Source of the DNA: an uncultured Methanomicrobiales archaeon
GTDB taxonomy: Archaea; Halobacteriota; Methanomicrobia; Methanomicrobiales; Methanospirillaceae
Assembly: GCA_963758915.1 (NCBI GenBank)
Contig: CAVWXH010000003.1
Location: 64,001 to 128,000, forward strand
DNA length: 64,000 bases
Reading direction: 5' to 3'
Below, piece by piece: positions 31,090 through 41,961 of this stretch. The position numbers and the translations under genes are program-made. Under the pieces are notes generated by a model that was not told the DNA's origin, did not search any database, and worked only from the letters and a program-made list of their open reading frames with translations. The stretch's first letter is position 1. Each line of letters begins with the position of its first letter.

Positions 31090-32379
31090 CTATCTCTTTT
31101 TCTCCCACTTTGTAAGGGCTGAAACCTGTGACAAGGTGCTGCCACGGCGGATCTCTTCCCTGATACGCTCTTCTGTCTTTTTCACCTCGAGGGCGCGGCG
31201 TGCAACTTCATAGGCACGTTCTTTCGGCACCACAACGACCCCGCTCTCATCTCCGATAATCCAGTCACCCGGCCTCACGTTCTGCCCACAACACGATATT
31301 TCTGCATTTATTTCCCCCATTCCCTTAGGTTCACCGGCATTCGGGACAATTGCCTTTGCAAAGACCGGGAATTTTAATCGCCTGATATCGTCGATGTCAC
31401 GGACAGCACCATCAATCACCACGCCAGCTACCCCTTTTATCACGCAACTCATCGTGGCAAGTTCTCCCCACGGGGCGACATGAGTACCGGCATCGTTATT
31501 AATCACGATCACATCCCCGGGACCTGCCACATCGATCGCTTCGACGGGTTTTGCCCAGTCCCCCGCAAATGTCTGGACGGTAACTGCCCGCCCGATCATC
31601 TTCACATCCCCGCACAGCGAAATAATGCCGTTCATCGCACCTTTGCGGTGCATTGCGTCGGATATGTTAGGGGACGAGACCTTCTGGAAGATGGCACGGG
31701 TCTCCTCCCCTGCCGGGGGCACCTTTGTAACTACCAGGGCAGGTGAGTCAATTGACGCCCGTATCAGGGCAGTGCTTGAGTTCACATCTGCAGAACGGGT
31801 GATCCATCCGCCTACAATTACGATATCGGCACCTGAACTGACTGCCTCTGATGCAGTGTCACGGTCAAGACCCCCGGCAACAGCGATCGGGATTGTAAGA
31901 TTTCCTGCCAGTAAGGAGAGGAGGTCGATGGAACTTTTTCCGACCATCTGCTGGTCTATCCCCACATGGGCAACGATAATATCGATACCGAGGGCCTCAA
32001 GCTCTTTCGCGCGGGTAACCGGGTCTCGTGTATTGATCAGGTCTGCCATCAGCCTGACACCAAATACAGAAGCTGCCTTCACGGCATCGGCAATGACCGC
32101 ATCGTCAGCATCACCGAGAAGGCAGACCACGGTCGCACCTGCCTTGGCTGCCATTTCAACCTCCATCGCACCGGTATCTGCAACTTTCATATCGGCGACG
32201 ATGGTACGGTCAGGGAACTGTTTTGCCAGGGCACGTACTGCTGCCATACCCTCGCTTTTAATTAGGGGGGTGCCAGCCTCGATCCAGTCTGCACCGCCAA
32301 GAACGGATTCTTTAGCAATTACAAGTGCACGGTTTAGTTCTAAAAGATCGAGCGCCACCTGCAGAACGGGCTTCTTCAT
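31090..32379 (-). CDS. 3-hexulose-6-phosphate synthase fused to an RraA/MenG-like domain
   Basis: [33 protein letters not shown]; C-terminal [27 protein letters not shown]. Confidence 0.92.
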   Translation of the reverse strand: MKKPVLQVALDLLELNRALVIAKESVLGGADWIEAGTPLIKSEGMAAVRALAKQFPDRTIVADMKVADTGAMEVEMAAKAGATVVCLLGDADDAVIADAVKAASVFGVRLMADLINTRDPVTRAKELEALGIDIIVAHVGIDQQMVGKSSIDLLSLLAGNLTIPIAVAGGLDRDTASEAVSSGADIVIVGGWITRSADVNSSTALIRASIDSPALVVTKVPPAGEETRAIFQKVSSPNISDAMHRKGAMNGIISLCGDVKMIGRAVTVQTFAGDWAKPVEAIDVAGPGDVIVINNDAGTHVAPWGELATMSCVIKGVAGVVIDGAVRDIDDIRRLKFPVFAKAIVPNAGEPKGMGEINAEISCCGQNVRPGDWIIGDESGVVVVPKERAYEVARRALEVKKTEERIREEIRRGSTLSQVSALTKWEKKR

Positions 32380-32660
32380 CAGAAGAGAGATGTGAAGTGT
32401 GTGATGTTAAGACTTACTTAACCGGGGCAGATAAGGAGACTTTTAAGCAGTCATGATTACCGGATGAGCCCCGGCATTCCGGGACTCGTTATATTCCCGG
32501 AAAGTCACGAAAATCTATGAAAATGCCCCAAACCGGATTTTTTCTTTGATCCGGGTGGAACAAAAAGAATGGATCAGGTTCACGGCAATCCTGTACCGGC
32601 TGATAACGGACCATTTGAAGGTGTAACCAAAACCACCTCACATCCCGATCTCCCCTGCAC

Positions 32661-33167
32661 TCAATCCGCACTATAGGTATCAGAGAATGTGACAGCGCCG
32701 ATATCCTTCTTCTCCGGGAGGGTAATGTCAGCGGCAAACCCGGCAGGAATGAGTGAGACGAGAGTATATGCTTCCGGCACATTGAGGAGTAACCTTACCG
32801 GTTCCGCGTAGACCTTTTTATCGCCTGCGACCCAGCATGAGCCGATACCATAGGACTGGAGGGCGAGGATCATATTTTCAGTCGCGGCACAGCAGTCCTC
32901 AAGGTGATATTTTGCTGCTTTTTCCCCGAATATTGCAAAGCAGACCGGGGCACCGGCAATGAATTTTCCGTGATCCGTGAGATCCGCGATTTTTTCCTTC
33001 AGGTCAGGGTCTGTGATCGTACCAAAGAGCCATGGCTGGCTGTTCATAGCGGTAGGGGCAAGCCTTGCACATTCGAGTACATCCCTGATTATCCATTCAT
33101 CAATGTGGGTGTCTTTAAATTTCCGGACGCTGTGACGGCACTTGATGATCGTTGTACCAAGATTCAT
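32661..33167 (-). CDS. Nitroreductase family protein
   Basis: RHSVRKF, LAPTAMNSQPW, ENMILA..GIGSCW. Confidence 0.9.
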   Translation of the reverse strand: MNLGTTIIKCRHSVRKFKDTHIDEWIIRDVLECARLAPTAMNSQPWLFGTITDPDLKEKIADLTDHGKFIAGAPVCFAIFGEKAAKYHLEDCCAATENMILALQSYGIGSCWVAGDKKVYAEPVRLLLNVPEAYTLVSLIPAGFAADITLPEKKDIGAVTFSDTYSAD

Positions 33168-33238
33168 GAAATCCCATTCGTCGTGCTTTTAAAAAAGGTT
33201 ACTGAATAAGGAAGGGTTTTCCTTATAGCGCATGCAGA

Positions 33239-34249
33239 CTACCGTGACCCCCGCCATGTCAGGCAGAGCAGTCCGGCACCGATGCAACCAATTACAAGGA
33301 TTACCCCAGGTGCAGGAACTGTTGTTGTCGGTACAGGCACCGGAGGCTGCGTAGGCGGGAAGGACGGTGGCATCGGGGGACTTGTTACAACCGGTGCCGG
33401 TTCAGTCGTCGCAACAGTTATGGCCGGCAGGGTAACAGGGGGACTTGTTGTTACGGGTACAGCCGCTGTGGTCTTTAACGGGACCACAATTGTGGGTATC
33501 GGGGAGGAGGTAATAAGCGGGTTAATACTCTGGATCAGCAGGTTGCCCGGAGGATCAACGGGGGTAATCGTCTTGCCGGGTAGGTTATAATTATCATTCA
33601 TGTCGTTTGCGTTGCATTCAGCCCAGACCGAATAGGTCCCTGATGGGTAAGCCCCGGTGTCCCAGATCGGGCCGGTGGAATAGGGGGATTTCCCGACAGG
33701 AATATCAACGAGGCTGTTGCCTGATACCGAGGAGTACTCCGCACCGTCAGGTGAACGGATCCTGATGGTAACCGGTGCGCCCGCTACACCCGGCCGGTTT
33801 GTCATCTGGTAGAGGTTCGAGACAATACGGAATCCAATCTGGTCTCCTTTTGGCACCCAGCGGGTAGTCCCCACCACCTGGAAGTCCAGGGTCTCATCGT
33901 ATATCTGGAGGGTCAGGGATGGTTCTTCAACGTAAAATGCAAGTTTTCGCCCGGGAAAGGTAAACCATGGCCCGGTTTTCCCGATAAATGCTGACGGGGC
34001 GATATAGTAGTTCCCGGCATCATCAACCAGGTAGGTCGTTGTCGGTGCCCCGGTCTGCACATTGGCATTTCCGAACCACGCAATTGTCGAGCCGGTTGTT
34101 ACACCGGTGGCCCGGATATCGAGCCCTTGTTCACCAATAAATGCGGTCCCGCCAGGGGGGACGGTATTAATTGCCGCTGTAACCGGCATTGCCAGGAAAA
34201 ACACCGCAATAATACACGCGATGTAACAGGTTATATACAGGTCTTTCAT
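33239..34249 (-). CDS. DUF3821-like cell-surface protein with P/T linker and C-terminal anchor
   Basis: Signal PVTA; GGTAFIGEQGLDI; GTYSVWAECNANDMNDNY; P/T-rich stalk; TM helix plus basic tail. Confidence 0.8.
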   Translation of the reverse strand: MKDLYITCYIACIIAVFFLAMPVTAAINTVPPGGTAFIGEQGLDIRATGVTTGSTIAWFGNANVQTGAPTTTYLVDDAGNYYIAPSAFIGKTGPWFTFPGRKLAFYVEEPSLTLQIYDETLDFQVVGTTRWVPKGDQIGFRIVSNLYQMTNRPGVAGAPVTIRIRSPDGAEYSSVSGNSLVDIPVGKSPYSTGPIWDTGAYPSGTYSVWAECNANDMNDNYNLPGKTITPVDPPGNLLIQSINPLITSSPIPTIVVPLKTTAAVPVTTSPPVTLPAITVATTEPAPVVTSPPMPPSFPPTQPPVPVPTTTVPAPGVILVIGCIGAGLLCLTWRGSR

Positions 34250-34498
34250 GTTCTCACATCCAGGCATTGATTATCCGCCACTACACCTGGTACTGACTGG
34301 ATAGGTCAGCATTGAGATAAACATTCTTCTACCTGATCGGTGACGGGACATAGGTCGATAAAATATAGTATCTGTTTACGGCCTTATGAGACCATCATTT
34401 CAAAAAATACAGGTTAATTGGTAGTTTTTACCGGAAATATAGCTATATTTATCCCGGACTTGGGGTGTCATGGAAAATGAGGGGAGATCTCCAGGTCC

Positions 34499-35701
34499 TT
34501 ACTGCCCGAAAAGAGAGGTAAGGGAGGCCCACATATTGCTAAAGCCCTGGGTAATAATAACCCCGGGGTCAACATGGAGGATTGGGATAATGAAAAATAT
34601 GTACGCGAAGGTACCTATTGTACTTCCCACATTTGCCATCGCCGCAACGATAACCACCCGGAACAACGGGATGCGCCACATTTCAGTGAAATTCTCTGCC
34701 TCGAAGATCCGCTTGAAATCCGAAGGGGCTGGTTTCCGGATCTTTGCTTCAACTATTGCACAGAACCAGCCTGCTGCGATAAGGGGATTTAATGCAGTAA
34801 ACCAGGACACCGCAAACCCTGTCAGCGCAGAAAGCGGGTGCCCTTTCGCCGCAAGACAGAAAATTGCGGTGAGCGCCCCATGGATAACAACCCAGTAAAT
34901 CAGGGCCATAATGAGGACTTCCCACCCGACCCCTGAGAATGCGATCGCCACAATAAACAGGGCAAATACCAGGGTGACCCCGATACCGAATATTGTTCCC
35001 CACGGGACGGGCTTGATATCCTTAACGAGTTCCTCCATGGGCGGAAGCGTTTCAGGCGCATCAAGGTACTTCTTTACCCCGTCAACATGACCTGCCCCAA
35101 TCACGACGAGCACACGCTCGTTATTCATCCGGAGGCGGTTGACCTGGTCTGCAAGATAGGCATCACGCTCATCAATAAGGGCTTTTGCACCGTTCGGAGA
35201 GAATTTCCGAAACTCCGCCATGGCCATCTCCATGACGTCCTGTTTTTTCAGCTCCTCGACGTCAATTTTCTCCTCGCTGGTACTCAGTACGGAAACGGCC
35301 AGGATATAGACCATCCTGATCTTCTCAAGGAATGACAGTGCATGCCAGAAACGGTGGAGCGTGATTCGCAGGTCCCGGTCGATCAGCCCGATACCAATCC
35401 CCCTCGACTCTGCCTCATTAATCGCTGCTTTCATCTCTGCGCCAGGCTCAACGCCGACATCCAGCCCGACCTTGCGCTGGAGGTAGGATAATATCCACTG
35501 TACCAGGAGCTGGTTGAAGTTGCCGGACTCAATGACCTCTGATACATTCGGTGCCGCGGCCTGCTTTTTCAGAGCTGCGTACCGGGGGGCATCAAGTTCT
35601 ACGGCGATTACGTCCGGGTTAAATTCCTGGACTGCCTCCCTGACCTCTTCGACACTTTTCTGCGAGACGTGTGCGGTCCCGACAATTCTTACTTCACTCA
35701 T
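34499..35701 (-). CDS. TraB/PrgY family protein
   Basis: IVGTAHVS..VAVELD, PGAEM, LIDERDAY, VIGAGH; C-terminal TM helices. Confidence 0.9.
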   Translation of the reverse strand: MSEVRIVGTAHVSQKSVEEVREAVQEFNPDVIAVELDAPRYAALKKQAAAPNVSEVIESGNFNQLLVQWILSYLQRKVGLDVGVEPGAEMKAAINEAESRGIGIGLIDRDLRITLHRFWHALSFLEKIRMVYILAVSVLSTSEEKIDVEELKKQDVMEMAMAEFRKFSPNGAKALIDERDAYLADQVNRLRMNNERVLVVIGAGHVDGVKKYLDAPETLPPMEELVKDIKPVPWGTIFGIGVTLVFALFIVAIAFSGVGWEVLIMALIYWVVIHGALTAIFCLAAKGHPLSALTGFAVSWFTALNPLIAAGWFCAIVEAKIRKPAPSDFKRIFEAENFTEMWRIPLFRVVIVAAMANVGSTIGTFAYIFFIIPILHVDPGVIITQGFSNMWASLTSLFGQ

Positions 35702-35954
35702 GGATGACCCCTGATTTCCTGAACATCGATATCTCCCGGGCCCGCCGGATGGCAGCGGGTGTGCCGCAAGTAATTCATTGGTAATATTTTCCCTGACTAT
35801 TTCGGTATCCGGCCTTTCAGGCAGATTTGTTGTAATTGTGCAGGCCTCATCATCACCGATCTTTGCCCTGATACCCGGGCAGGGAGATTGTATCCGGGCT
35901 ATCGGAATTGAGACAGAACGGCCAGGTCCTGATTCAACGTGGCCGGTGGGATTT

Positions 35955-36518
35955 TTACCCGGACTGTCCGTGGGTTATCCGGTTGAAATTTTCATATACC
36001 AGCCGCCCGTTTTCACTATGGCTCACTTCAGGGTGCCACTGGAGCCCGTATATGTGCTTTTCCGGGAGCGCCACGGCCTCGTTGCCACAGACAGCCGACT
36101 TCGCGAGCCTTGTGAACCCCGGCGGGACCGTGACAACTTCATCGGCATGGGATGCCCAGACCCGGATTTTTTCAGGGTACCCTGAAAGGATCCCATCATT
36201 CTCTATGATCTCGATATCTATAGCACCGTAACCACCGGACGTACCAGGTTCAACCTTACCGCCAAATGCCGTGGCGATCACATGGAGGCCCAGGCAGATA
36301 CCCAGGACTGGAAGGCCGAGTTTGCAGTATTCGCCGCAGTTACCCGCCCTCTCAATTGCCGGGCCTCCACCAAGGACAATTCCCCTGCAGGAAGCAGCCA
36401 CCTCATCCGGGGGTGTGGTGTTGCTGATCATCACCGAGTCAATATCGAGATCACGAAGCATCCGCTGGATCAGGTGGTTAAACTGCCCGAAATTATTGAC
36501 AACATAGATAGGGAGCAT
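35955..36518 (-). CDS. guaAA: GMP synthase subunit A (glutamine amidotransferase)
   Basis: NFGQFNHLI, GICLG, SHADEV, QWHPEV triad. Confidence 0.93.
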   Translation of the reverse strand: MLPIYVVNNFGQFNHLIQRMLRDLDIDSVMISNTTPPDEVAASCRGIVLGGGPAIERAGNCGEYCKLGLPVLGICLGLHVIATAFGGKVEPGTSGGYGAIDIEIIENDGILSGYPEKIRVWASHADEVVTVPPGFTRLAKSAVCGNEAVALPEKHIYGLQWHPEVSHSENGRLVYENFNRITHGQSG

Positions 36519-36558
36519 TCGCGGGAGAAGTTTTGACGCCGGGGATGATAAGTCCTGT

Positions 36559-37593
36559 TCAATAGTACCTGCTGACGGTCGAAAATATCTGGTGCCTGAT
36601 TCGTTCAGGTGTGAACCCCTGCAGGCTGGCAAGGAACATTGCACCCCCCGCACCCATGCCCTCCTTCACCTCGCCAATGCAGTACCGTGCGAGGCCCGGG
36701 TGCCCGATTTCCCCAAAGCCCGGGTCAACCGAGAAAATTTTCGCGCCAATTGCCTGTCCTGTACCGGTAATATCCGCAACCGGGTCATTCCTGACATAGC
36801 AGGTCATTGCAATACCCGGTAATTTTTTACCCATTGCCTTTAACAGCGCTGCTACGGCAAGCATCTGGGTCCCTCCCGCAAGGAGCACGTTCCCGTTGCA
36901 GCCACTGACTATGCCCGCCGCAGCTGCCATCATGGGGTCCCCGGTGACCCTGACGATCTCAAGGGGATATCCGGGTTTAAAACTCCCTGCCCGTGCCTGT
37001 ACAGTGTCCCAGATCTCCTCTTTGATACCAACAGGGTTCATAACATAACTGCTACTAACCCGGGCCGGGTAGCCGAGCGCCCGTAATACACAGAGCGCGG
37101 TCGTAGTTCCACCCGGGACACACTCACCAAGGACGAGGAGATCAGAATACCGTGACAGCAGCCTGCCAACCGACTCGCCTTTCAAAAAAATATCATTGGC
37201 AGTGGGCACAGCATCAGCATACCGGGGGTCCTCACCCGGTGAGCTGTAGAGGTCAAGGCAGGCCACCGTGGGGGTATGTACAAGCCCTGCGTTGATAAAA
37301 AGAGGGGTAATGTTAAGGAGCTCCATCATCGCCCTTGTAATGGTCGCAGGCGTCGGGCAGCCGGTCGGAGTGTTTGGCCTGACAGGCATGCTGGTGATGG
37401 CCCCGTTTGTGATCAGCTCTGCATCGAGTACCGGGGTGAGAAGGGTTTTCTCAGCGGTTGGACCGGCCCCGGAAACACCCGGGACGGTGGAAAGCATGGT
37501 GTTTGCAAGGATACCGACAAAAAGCGGGTTATCCGCCTTCTGCAAACCGTGAGGGGTAACAAATTCCATTATCCTTATCACCACCGGGACCAT
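36559..37593 (-). CDS. cobT: Archaeal CobT nicotinate-nucleotide phosphoribosyltransferase
   Basis: SGAG..TPVLDAE, TPATIT, GECVPGGTTTA, GDPM, LAGGTQM, VKEGMGAGG. Confidence 0.88.
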   Translation of the reverse strand: MVPVVIRIMEFVTPHGLQKADNPLFVGILANTMLSTVPGVSGAGPTAEKTLLTPVLDAELITNGAITSMPVRPNTPTGCPTPATITRAMMELLNITPLFINAGLVHTPTVACLDLYSSPGEDPRYADAVPTANDIFLKGESVGRLLSRYSDLLVLGECVPGGTTTALCVLRALGYPARVSSSYVMNPVGIKEEIWDTVQARAGSFKPGYPLEIVRVTGDPMMAAAAGIVSGCNGNVLLAGGTQMLAVAALLKAMGKKLPGIAMTCYVRNDPVADITGTGQAIGAKIFSVDPGFGEIGHPGLARYCIGEVKEGMGAGGAMFLASLQGFTPERIRHQIFSTVSRYY

Positions 37594-37742
37594 TTTGAGC
37601 CCCTTCCGTGTATACTTACATATTATGGGTTTTTTTAATCATCAAGGTATCCCGGGGGAATTGTTGTTCTCGCAGGTCCATGAGGACGTGATGTCCACCT
37701 GACAGGTAATCGCACTCTATAATTACAGGCGGGAGAACTATT

Positions 37743-38204
37743 ATGATAATGTTTGAGATTGAGCAACGCCTGCTGGAGAAAGGAGTGAGCACCGGGGCGA
37801 TTGTTGACAGTGCGATGGAGTTGTACGTAGGACACGGGATGGAGGCCGCAGAGGCACGGGGTGTGCTGCACACCAAGATAATCAAGAGTTTCGATGACCC
37901 GAATGTCTCTTCCCTGTTACTTGGTGCAATTCTTCTCGAGGACGAACTCTTCTGGAAACGGAAGGACTCAGAAATCAAAGACGACCCCGTATTTCTCCTC
38001 TCGGATGAGATTATAGGTATGGCAATCGCCGAGTGTATCGGTGGTACCTATGCCAGGTTCGAATTCACCCGATACGACCAGAAAAAGCCAGGTATCCTCA
38101 GGACCCTCGGGCCGTTCCTTGATGATGCCGTGGCAGGACTGATTGCCGGATGTACTTCGCGCCTCTACACAGAATGTTTTGAATGTGCCCAAAATCGATC
38201 ATAG
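37743..38204 (+). CDS. cobZ: Alpha-ribazole phosphatase CobZ (PgpA-like)
   Basis: DPNV, DPVFLLSDEIIG, RYDQKKPG, FLDD; next to cobS and cobT. Confidence 0.8.
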   Translation: MIMFEIEQRLLEKGVSTGAIVDSAMELYVGHGMEAAEARGVLHTKIIKSFDDPNVSSLLLGAILLEDELFWKRKDSEIKDDPVFLLSDEIIGMAIAECIGGTYARFEFTRYDQKKPGILRTLGPFLDDAVAGLIAGCTSRLYTECFECAQNRS

Positions 38205-38899
38205 CCCTGTTGCAGTTCTGCACGGTCTTACCCCTCGGTAAACCCCAGGAATTTGAGCAGTTTGCAAAAAAGACCTGGCTGTACCCTCTTGCAGGTTACG
38301 TAACGGGAGGGTTCGCAGCGCTCGTATCCTTCTGGATAGCCGACCCTGCCATTGCAGCTGCGTTTGCTATTGCAGGCCTGCTCCTGATTACTGGTTGCAA
38401 CCATTTTGACGGGCTCCTCGACCTTGGTGACGGGCTGATGGCCCATGGCGGGAGAGAGAAGCGTATCAGCGCTCTCACTGATCGACAGATTGGGACAGGG
38501 GCATTTGCCCTCGCAATTTCAATTGTCCTGATCACCTGGGCCGGTCTGCAGGCGGCCTATCCGATCATCTGGGTGTTACTCCTGTCTGAGGTGTGCGCCA
38601 AATTTTCGATGGCCTTCCTCACGGTATATGGAAAACCGTTCCGGCAGGGGATCCACGCGTTCCTCCATGAAAAAAGCCATCCCCGATTTGTACTCTACGC
38701 CGCCATTCTATGCCTTCCCCTTGCATTGTTACCGGTTTCTCCCCTGAAACTGGTTGCAGCGGCCGTACTCATGGTAATTGTGCCCCTGGTTCTGCTTGTT
38801 ATTTCAGGCAGGGCATTTGGTGGTGTGAATGGGGACGTCGTTGGTGCCTCAAATGAGATCACAAGGGCTTTCATCATTATTGCGGTTGTAGTGGTCTGA
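38183..38899 (+). CDS. cobS: Adenosylcobinamide-GDP ribazoletransferase
   Basis: HFDGLLDLGDG, FGGVNGDVVGASNE; hydrophobic protein. Confidence 0.92.
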   Translation: MCPKSIIALLQFCTVLPLGKPQEFEQFAKKTWLYPLAGYVTGGFAALVSFWIADPAIAAAFAIAGLLLITGCNHFDGLLDLGDGLMAHGGREKRISALTDRQIGTGAFALAISIVLITWAGLQAAYPIIWVLLLSEVCAKFSMAFLTVYGKPFRQGIHAFLHEKSHPRFVLYAAILCLPLALLPVSPLKLVAAAVLMVIVPLVLLVISGRAFGGVNGDVVGASNEITRAFIIIAVVVV

Positions 38900-38955
38900 T
38901 GACCTGAAAAATGACCTGAACTATCATAGAGTTTAAGAACGAAACTAGGGTAAGA

Positions 38956-39840
38956 GTGATCCAGATGAAACGTGATACCGAGATACATATGAAGGGCGGT
39001 GTGATTACCGAGCGGGATGCCGACTTCTGCACAGTCAGGACAAGAATTCCAGCCGGAATTGTTACGCTGGAGCAGGTCCGGGGTATTGCTAAAATTATGA
39101 AACGATATGGTAAGGACATGATCCACCTAACCACACGCCAGACGATCGAGATCCCACATATAGACCCGAAGTTTCTCCCAAAACTGGCAGCAGACCTTGA
39201 AAAAAACGGTACACCGATAGGATCGGAGCGGGACGAAGTGGTAAATATTGTTGCCTGCCCTGGTCTCGAACGATGTGTTTTTGCAAATATTGATTCAGGG
39301 ATGATAGCAAAAATGATCGACAAGCGCCTGTTCGGAAAGGAAATGCCGGTGAAGGTCCGTATTTCGATCTCAGGGTGCCCGAACGGCTGTACAAGCCCGA
39401 TGCTGAATGAAATCGGCATCAGCGGCAGAGTTGACCCCCTGAGGACACCGGGGCTTTGTACCGGATGCGGGAGTTGTGTGAGTTATTGCCGTGAAGATGC
39501 CATCAGTATTAAAAATGGGATATCCGTGCTCAATGAAGACCTTTGCGTCAGTTGCGGCACCTGCGTGCGGTCCTGCCCGTTTGATCTCTTAAAATCCAGG
39601 GGGGTCCGCTACCTGATAACCGTAGGGGGACGCAGAGGGCGGCACCCGCATATAGGTCGTGAACTTATCTCACTCTCTGATCCCGAAGAGGTCGCAATAA
39701 CGGTTGAAAAAGTGGTGGACTGGATTTACAGGAGGGCATGGAGTGGGAGGCACCTCTACGAACAGATGGACGAACTACAGTTTGAGCAGTTTAAAACCGA
39801 GATCACATCAAAGGCTACGGTAACGAAAGAGACGACCTGA
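38956..39840 (+). CDS. Sulfite/nitrite reductase-like protein with ferredoxin domain (Dsr-LP)
   Basis: HLTTRQ, ACPGLERC and SGCPNGC siroheme-FeS ligands; two CxxCxxCxxxC motifs. Confidence 0.85.
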   Translation: MIQMKRDTEIHMKGGVITERDADFCTVRTRIPAGIVTLEQVRGIAKIMKRYGKDMIHLTTRQTIEIPHIDPKFLPKLAADLEKNGTPIGSERDEVVNIVACPGLERCVFANIDSGMIAKMIDKRLFGKEMPVKVRISISGCPNGCTSPMLNEIGISGRVDPLRTPGLCTGCGSCVSYCREDAISIKNGISVLNEDLCVSCGTCVRSCPFDLLKSRGVRYLITVGGRRGRHPHIGRELISLSDPEEVAITVEKVVDWIYRRAWSGRHLYEQMDELQFEQFKTEITSKATVTKETT

Positions 39841-39859
39841 TGCATCACCCTCCGGAAAT

Positions 39860-40159
39860 TCACCGGTAACGGCTCTGGTACCCGGCACCTGCATCATCAC
39901 CACATTCAATCGCATCGCCATCGCGGACGAGCAGGTTAAACTGGAGTGCGGCATTCATTAGTCCTTCGTCATCCGGGGCACCACGCTGGATTTTGTTCCA
40001 CACCTGTTCCTGGGGTGAAGGGTACACGCGAGATCCCATACGGACACCCCGGCAGTGTTTGCAGTATGCGCAGTAGCGGTACACGGACAATATTCCCGTG
40101 CTGCATTCAACAGTGACGTCACTTTTTTTTTCTTCACGGTGCATCGGTAATGTCTTCAT
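39860..40159 (-). CDS. Small Cys-containing hypothetical protein
   Basis: 99 aa ORF filling an intergenic gap; VECS, YCAYCKHC, IECGD. Confidence 0.6.
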   Translation of the reverse strand: MKTLPMHREEKKSDVTVECSTGILSVYRYCAYCKHCRGVRMGSRVYPSPQEQVWNKIQRGAPDDEGLMNAALQFNLLVRDGDAIECGDDAGAGYQSRYR

Positions 40160-40333
40160 ATCTACCCGGAAGATACATCATTTCGTGATATCACTCTACC
40201 GGTTTACTTGGAAATCCGGGGAATTGCCGCGATTCGGGCGTATCGAAATGATTAATATAGATGCGTTTCCAATAAGTAATACTCGCATAAATAGGCTGTA
40301 GAGAGACAGTCCCATATTTATCGGAGGATGGTT

Positions 40334-41617
40334 ATGGCAGCTGAGAAGCCTCACATGAATCTGGCAGTTATCGGACACATTGACCACGGGAAGTCTACTA
40401 CCGTTGGTCGTATGATGTTCGAGACTGGAGCTGTACCCGCGCATATCATCGAGGGGTACCGTAAAGAAGCCGAATCGAAAGGAAAGGCAACATTCGAGTT
40501 TGCCTGGGTTATGGATAACCTGAAGGAAGAAAGAGAACGAGGTATAACAATTGATATCGCTCACAAGCGGTTCGATACTGCCAAGTTCTACTTTACCGTC
40601 GTGGACTGCCCGGGACACAGGGACTTCGTCAAGAACATGATCACCGGTGCATCACAGGCTGATGCGGCAATTCTTGTCGTCGCAGCAGCTGATGGTGTAA
40701 TGGACCAGACAAAGGAGCATGTTTTCCTTTCAAGGACCCTCGGTATCACCCAGCTCATTATCGCTATCAACAAGATGGACGCCGTTAAACCGCCGTACGA
40801 CCAGAAACGGTTTGAAGAAGTCAAGAAAGACCTCTCGGCACTACTCTCGATGGTTGGATACAAGCCGGCTGATATTCTCTTCATCCCCATCAGCGCCCTT
40901 GGTGGTGCAAACCTCAAGGTAAAGAGCCCTGATACCCCATGGTATACAGGTCCGACGCTCCTTGAAGCACTCGACACATTAAAAGAGCCGGAAAAACCCA
41001 CCGATAAGCCATTCCGTCTTCCAATCCAGGATGTCTACAGCATCTCCGGTATCGGGACGGTCCCGGTCGGCCGTGTTGAGACGGGTATAATGAAGAAAGG
41101 TATGAAGGTCTCCTTCCAGCCCGCCAACAAGGACGGGGAAATCAAGTCTATCGAGATGCACCACGAAGAAATCCCACAGGCATTACCAGGGGATAACGTC
41201 GGGTTCAACGTCCGTGGTCTTGGTAAAGGGGATATCCGCCGCGGTGATGTTTGTGGCCCGGCCGAAGCACCACCGACAGTCGCAGACGAATTTACCGCAC
41301 AGATCGTCATTCTCCAGCACCCAAGTGCGATCACCATAGGGTATACCCCGGTGTTCCACTGTCACACCACACAGACCGCGTGCACATTTGTCGAGCTGAA
41401 GAAGAAACTTGACCCACGATCCGGCCAGACCAAGGAGGAGAACCCGACATTCCTGAAATCGGGGGATGCTGCAATTGTCCAGGTCAAGCCCACCAAGCCC
41501 ATGGTTATTGAGAACGTGAAGGACCTCCCGCAGCTCGGAAGGTTCGCCATCCGTGATATGGGGCAGACGATCGCAGCAGGTATGTGTATCGCGGTCCAGC
41601 CCAAGCAGATGAGATAA
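40334..41617 (+). CDS. tuf: Elongation factor 1-alpha
   Basis: [33 protein letters not shown]. Confidence 0.98.
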   Translation: MAAEKPHMNLAVIGHIDHGKSTTVGRMMFETGAVPAHIIEGYRKEAESKGKATFEFAWVMDNLKEERERGITIDIAHKRFDTAKFYFTVVDCPGHRDFVKNMITGASQADAAILVVAAADGVMDQTKEHVFLSRTLGITQLIIAINKMDAVKPPYDQKRFEEVKKDLSALLSMVGYKPADILFIPISALGGANLKVKSPDTPWYTGPTLLEALDTLKEPEKPTDKPFRLPIQDVYSISGIGTVPVGRVETGIMKKGMKVSFQPANKDGEIKSIEMHHEEIPQALPGDNVGFNVRGLGKGDIRRGDVCGPAEAPPTVADEFTAQIVILQHPSAITIGYTPVFHCHTTQTACTFVELKKKLDPRSGQTKEENPTFLKSGDAAIVQVKPTKPMVIENVKDLPQLGRFAIRDMGQTIAAGMCIAVQPKQMR

Positions 41618-41644
41618 TATCAATACATTTTTTGGTGAACCGTT

Positions 41645-41953
41645 ATGCAAAAAGCCAGAATACGCCTTACAGGCACGGATTTCAAGAAAGTAGAGATGGT
41701 ATGTAACCGTATCAAGGAGATTGCGGAACGCACCGGCGTGAATCTGGCTGGTCCAATTCCCCTCCCGACAAAGAAACTGGTAGTCCCTATCAGAAAAAGC
41801 CCGGATGGAGAAGGGACTGCAACATGGGACCGCTGGCAGATGCGAGTCCATAAGAGACTGATCGATATGGACGCGGACGAACGTGCACTCCGCCAGTTGA
41901 TGCGCACCCAGGTCCCGAAAGATATCGGCATTGAGATCGTTCTTGAGAGCTGA
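41645..41953 (+). CDS. rps10: 30S ribosomal protein S10
   Basis: [22 protein letters not shown]. Confidence 0.98.
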   Translation: MQKARIRLTGTDFKKVEMVCNRIKEIAERTGVNLAGPIPLPTKKLVVPIRKSPDGEGTATWDRWQMRVHKRLIDMDADERALRQLMRTQVPKDIGIEIVLES

Positions 41954-41961
41954 GGGACGGC

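Noticed and set aside
33300-33510. Short repeats GGGGGACTTGTTAC / GGGGACTTGTTGTTAC
   Set aside because: Explained by the repeated PVTTSPP / VVTSPP low-complexity linker of a surface protein.
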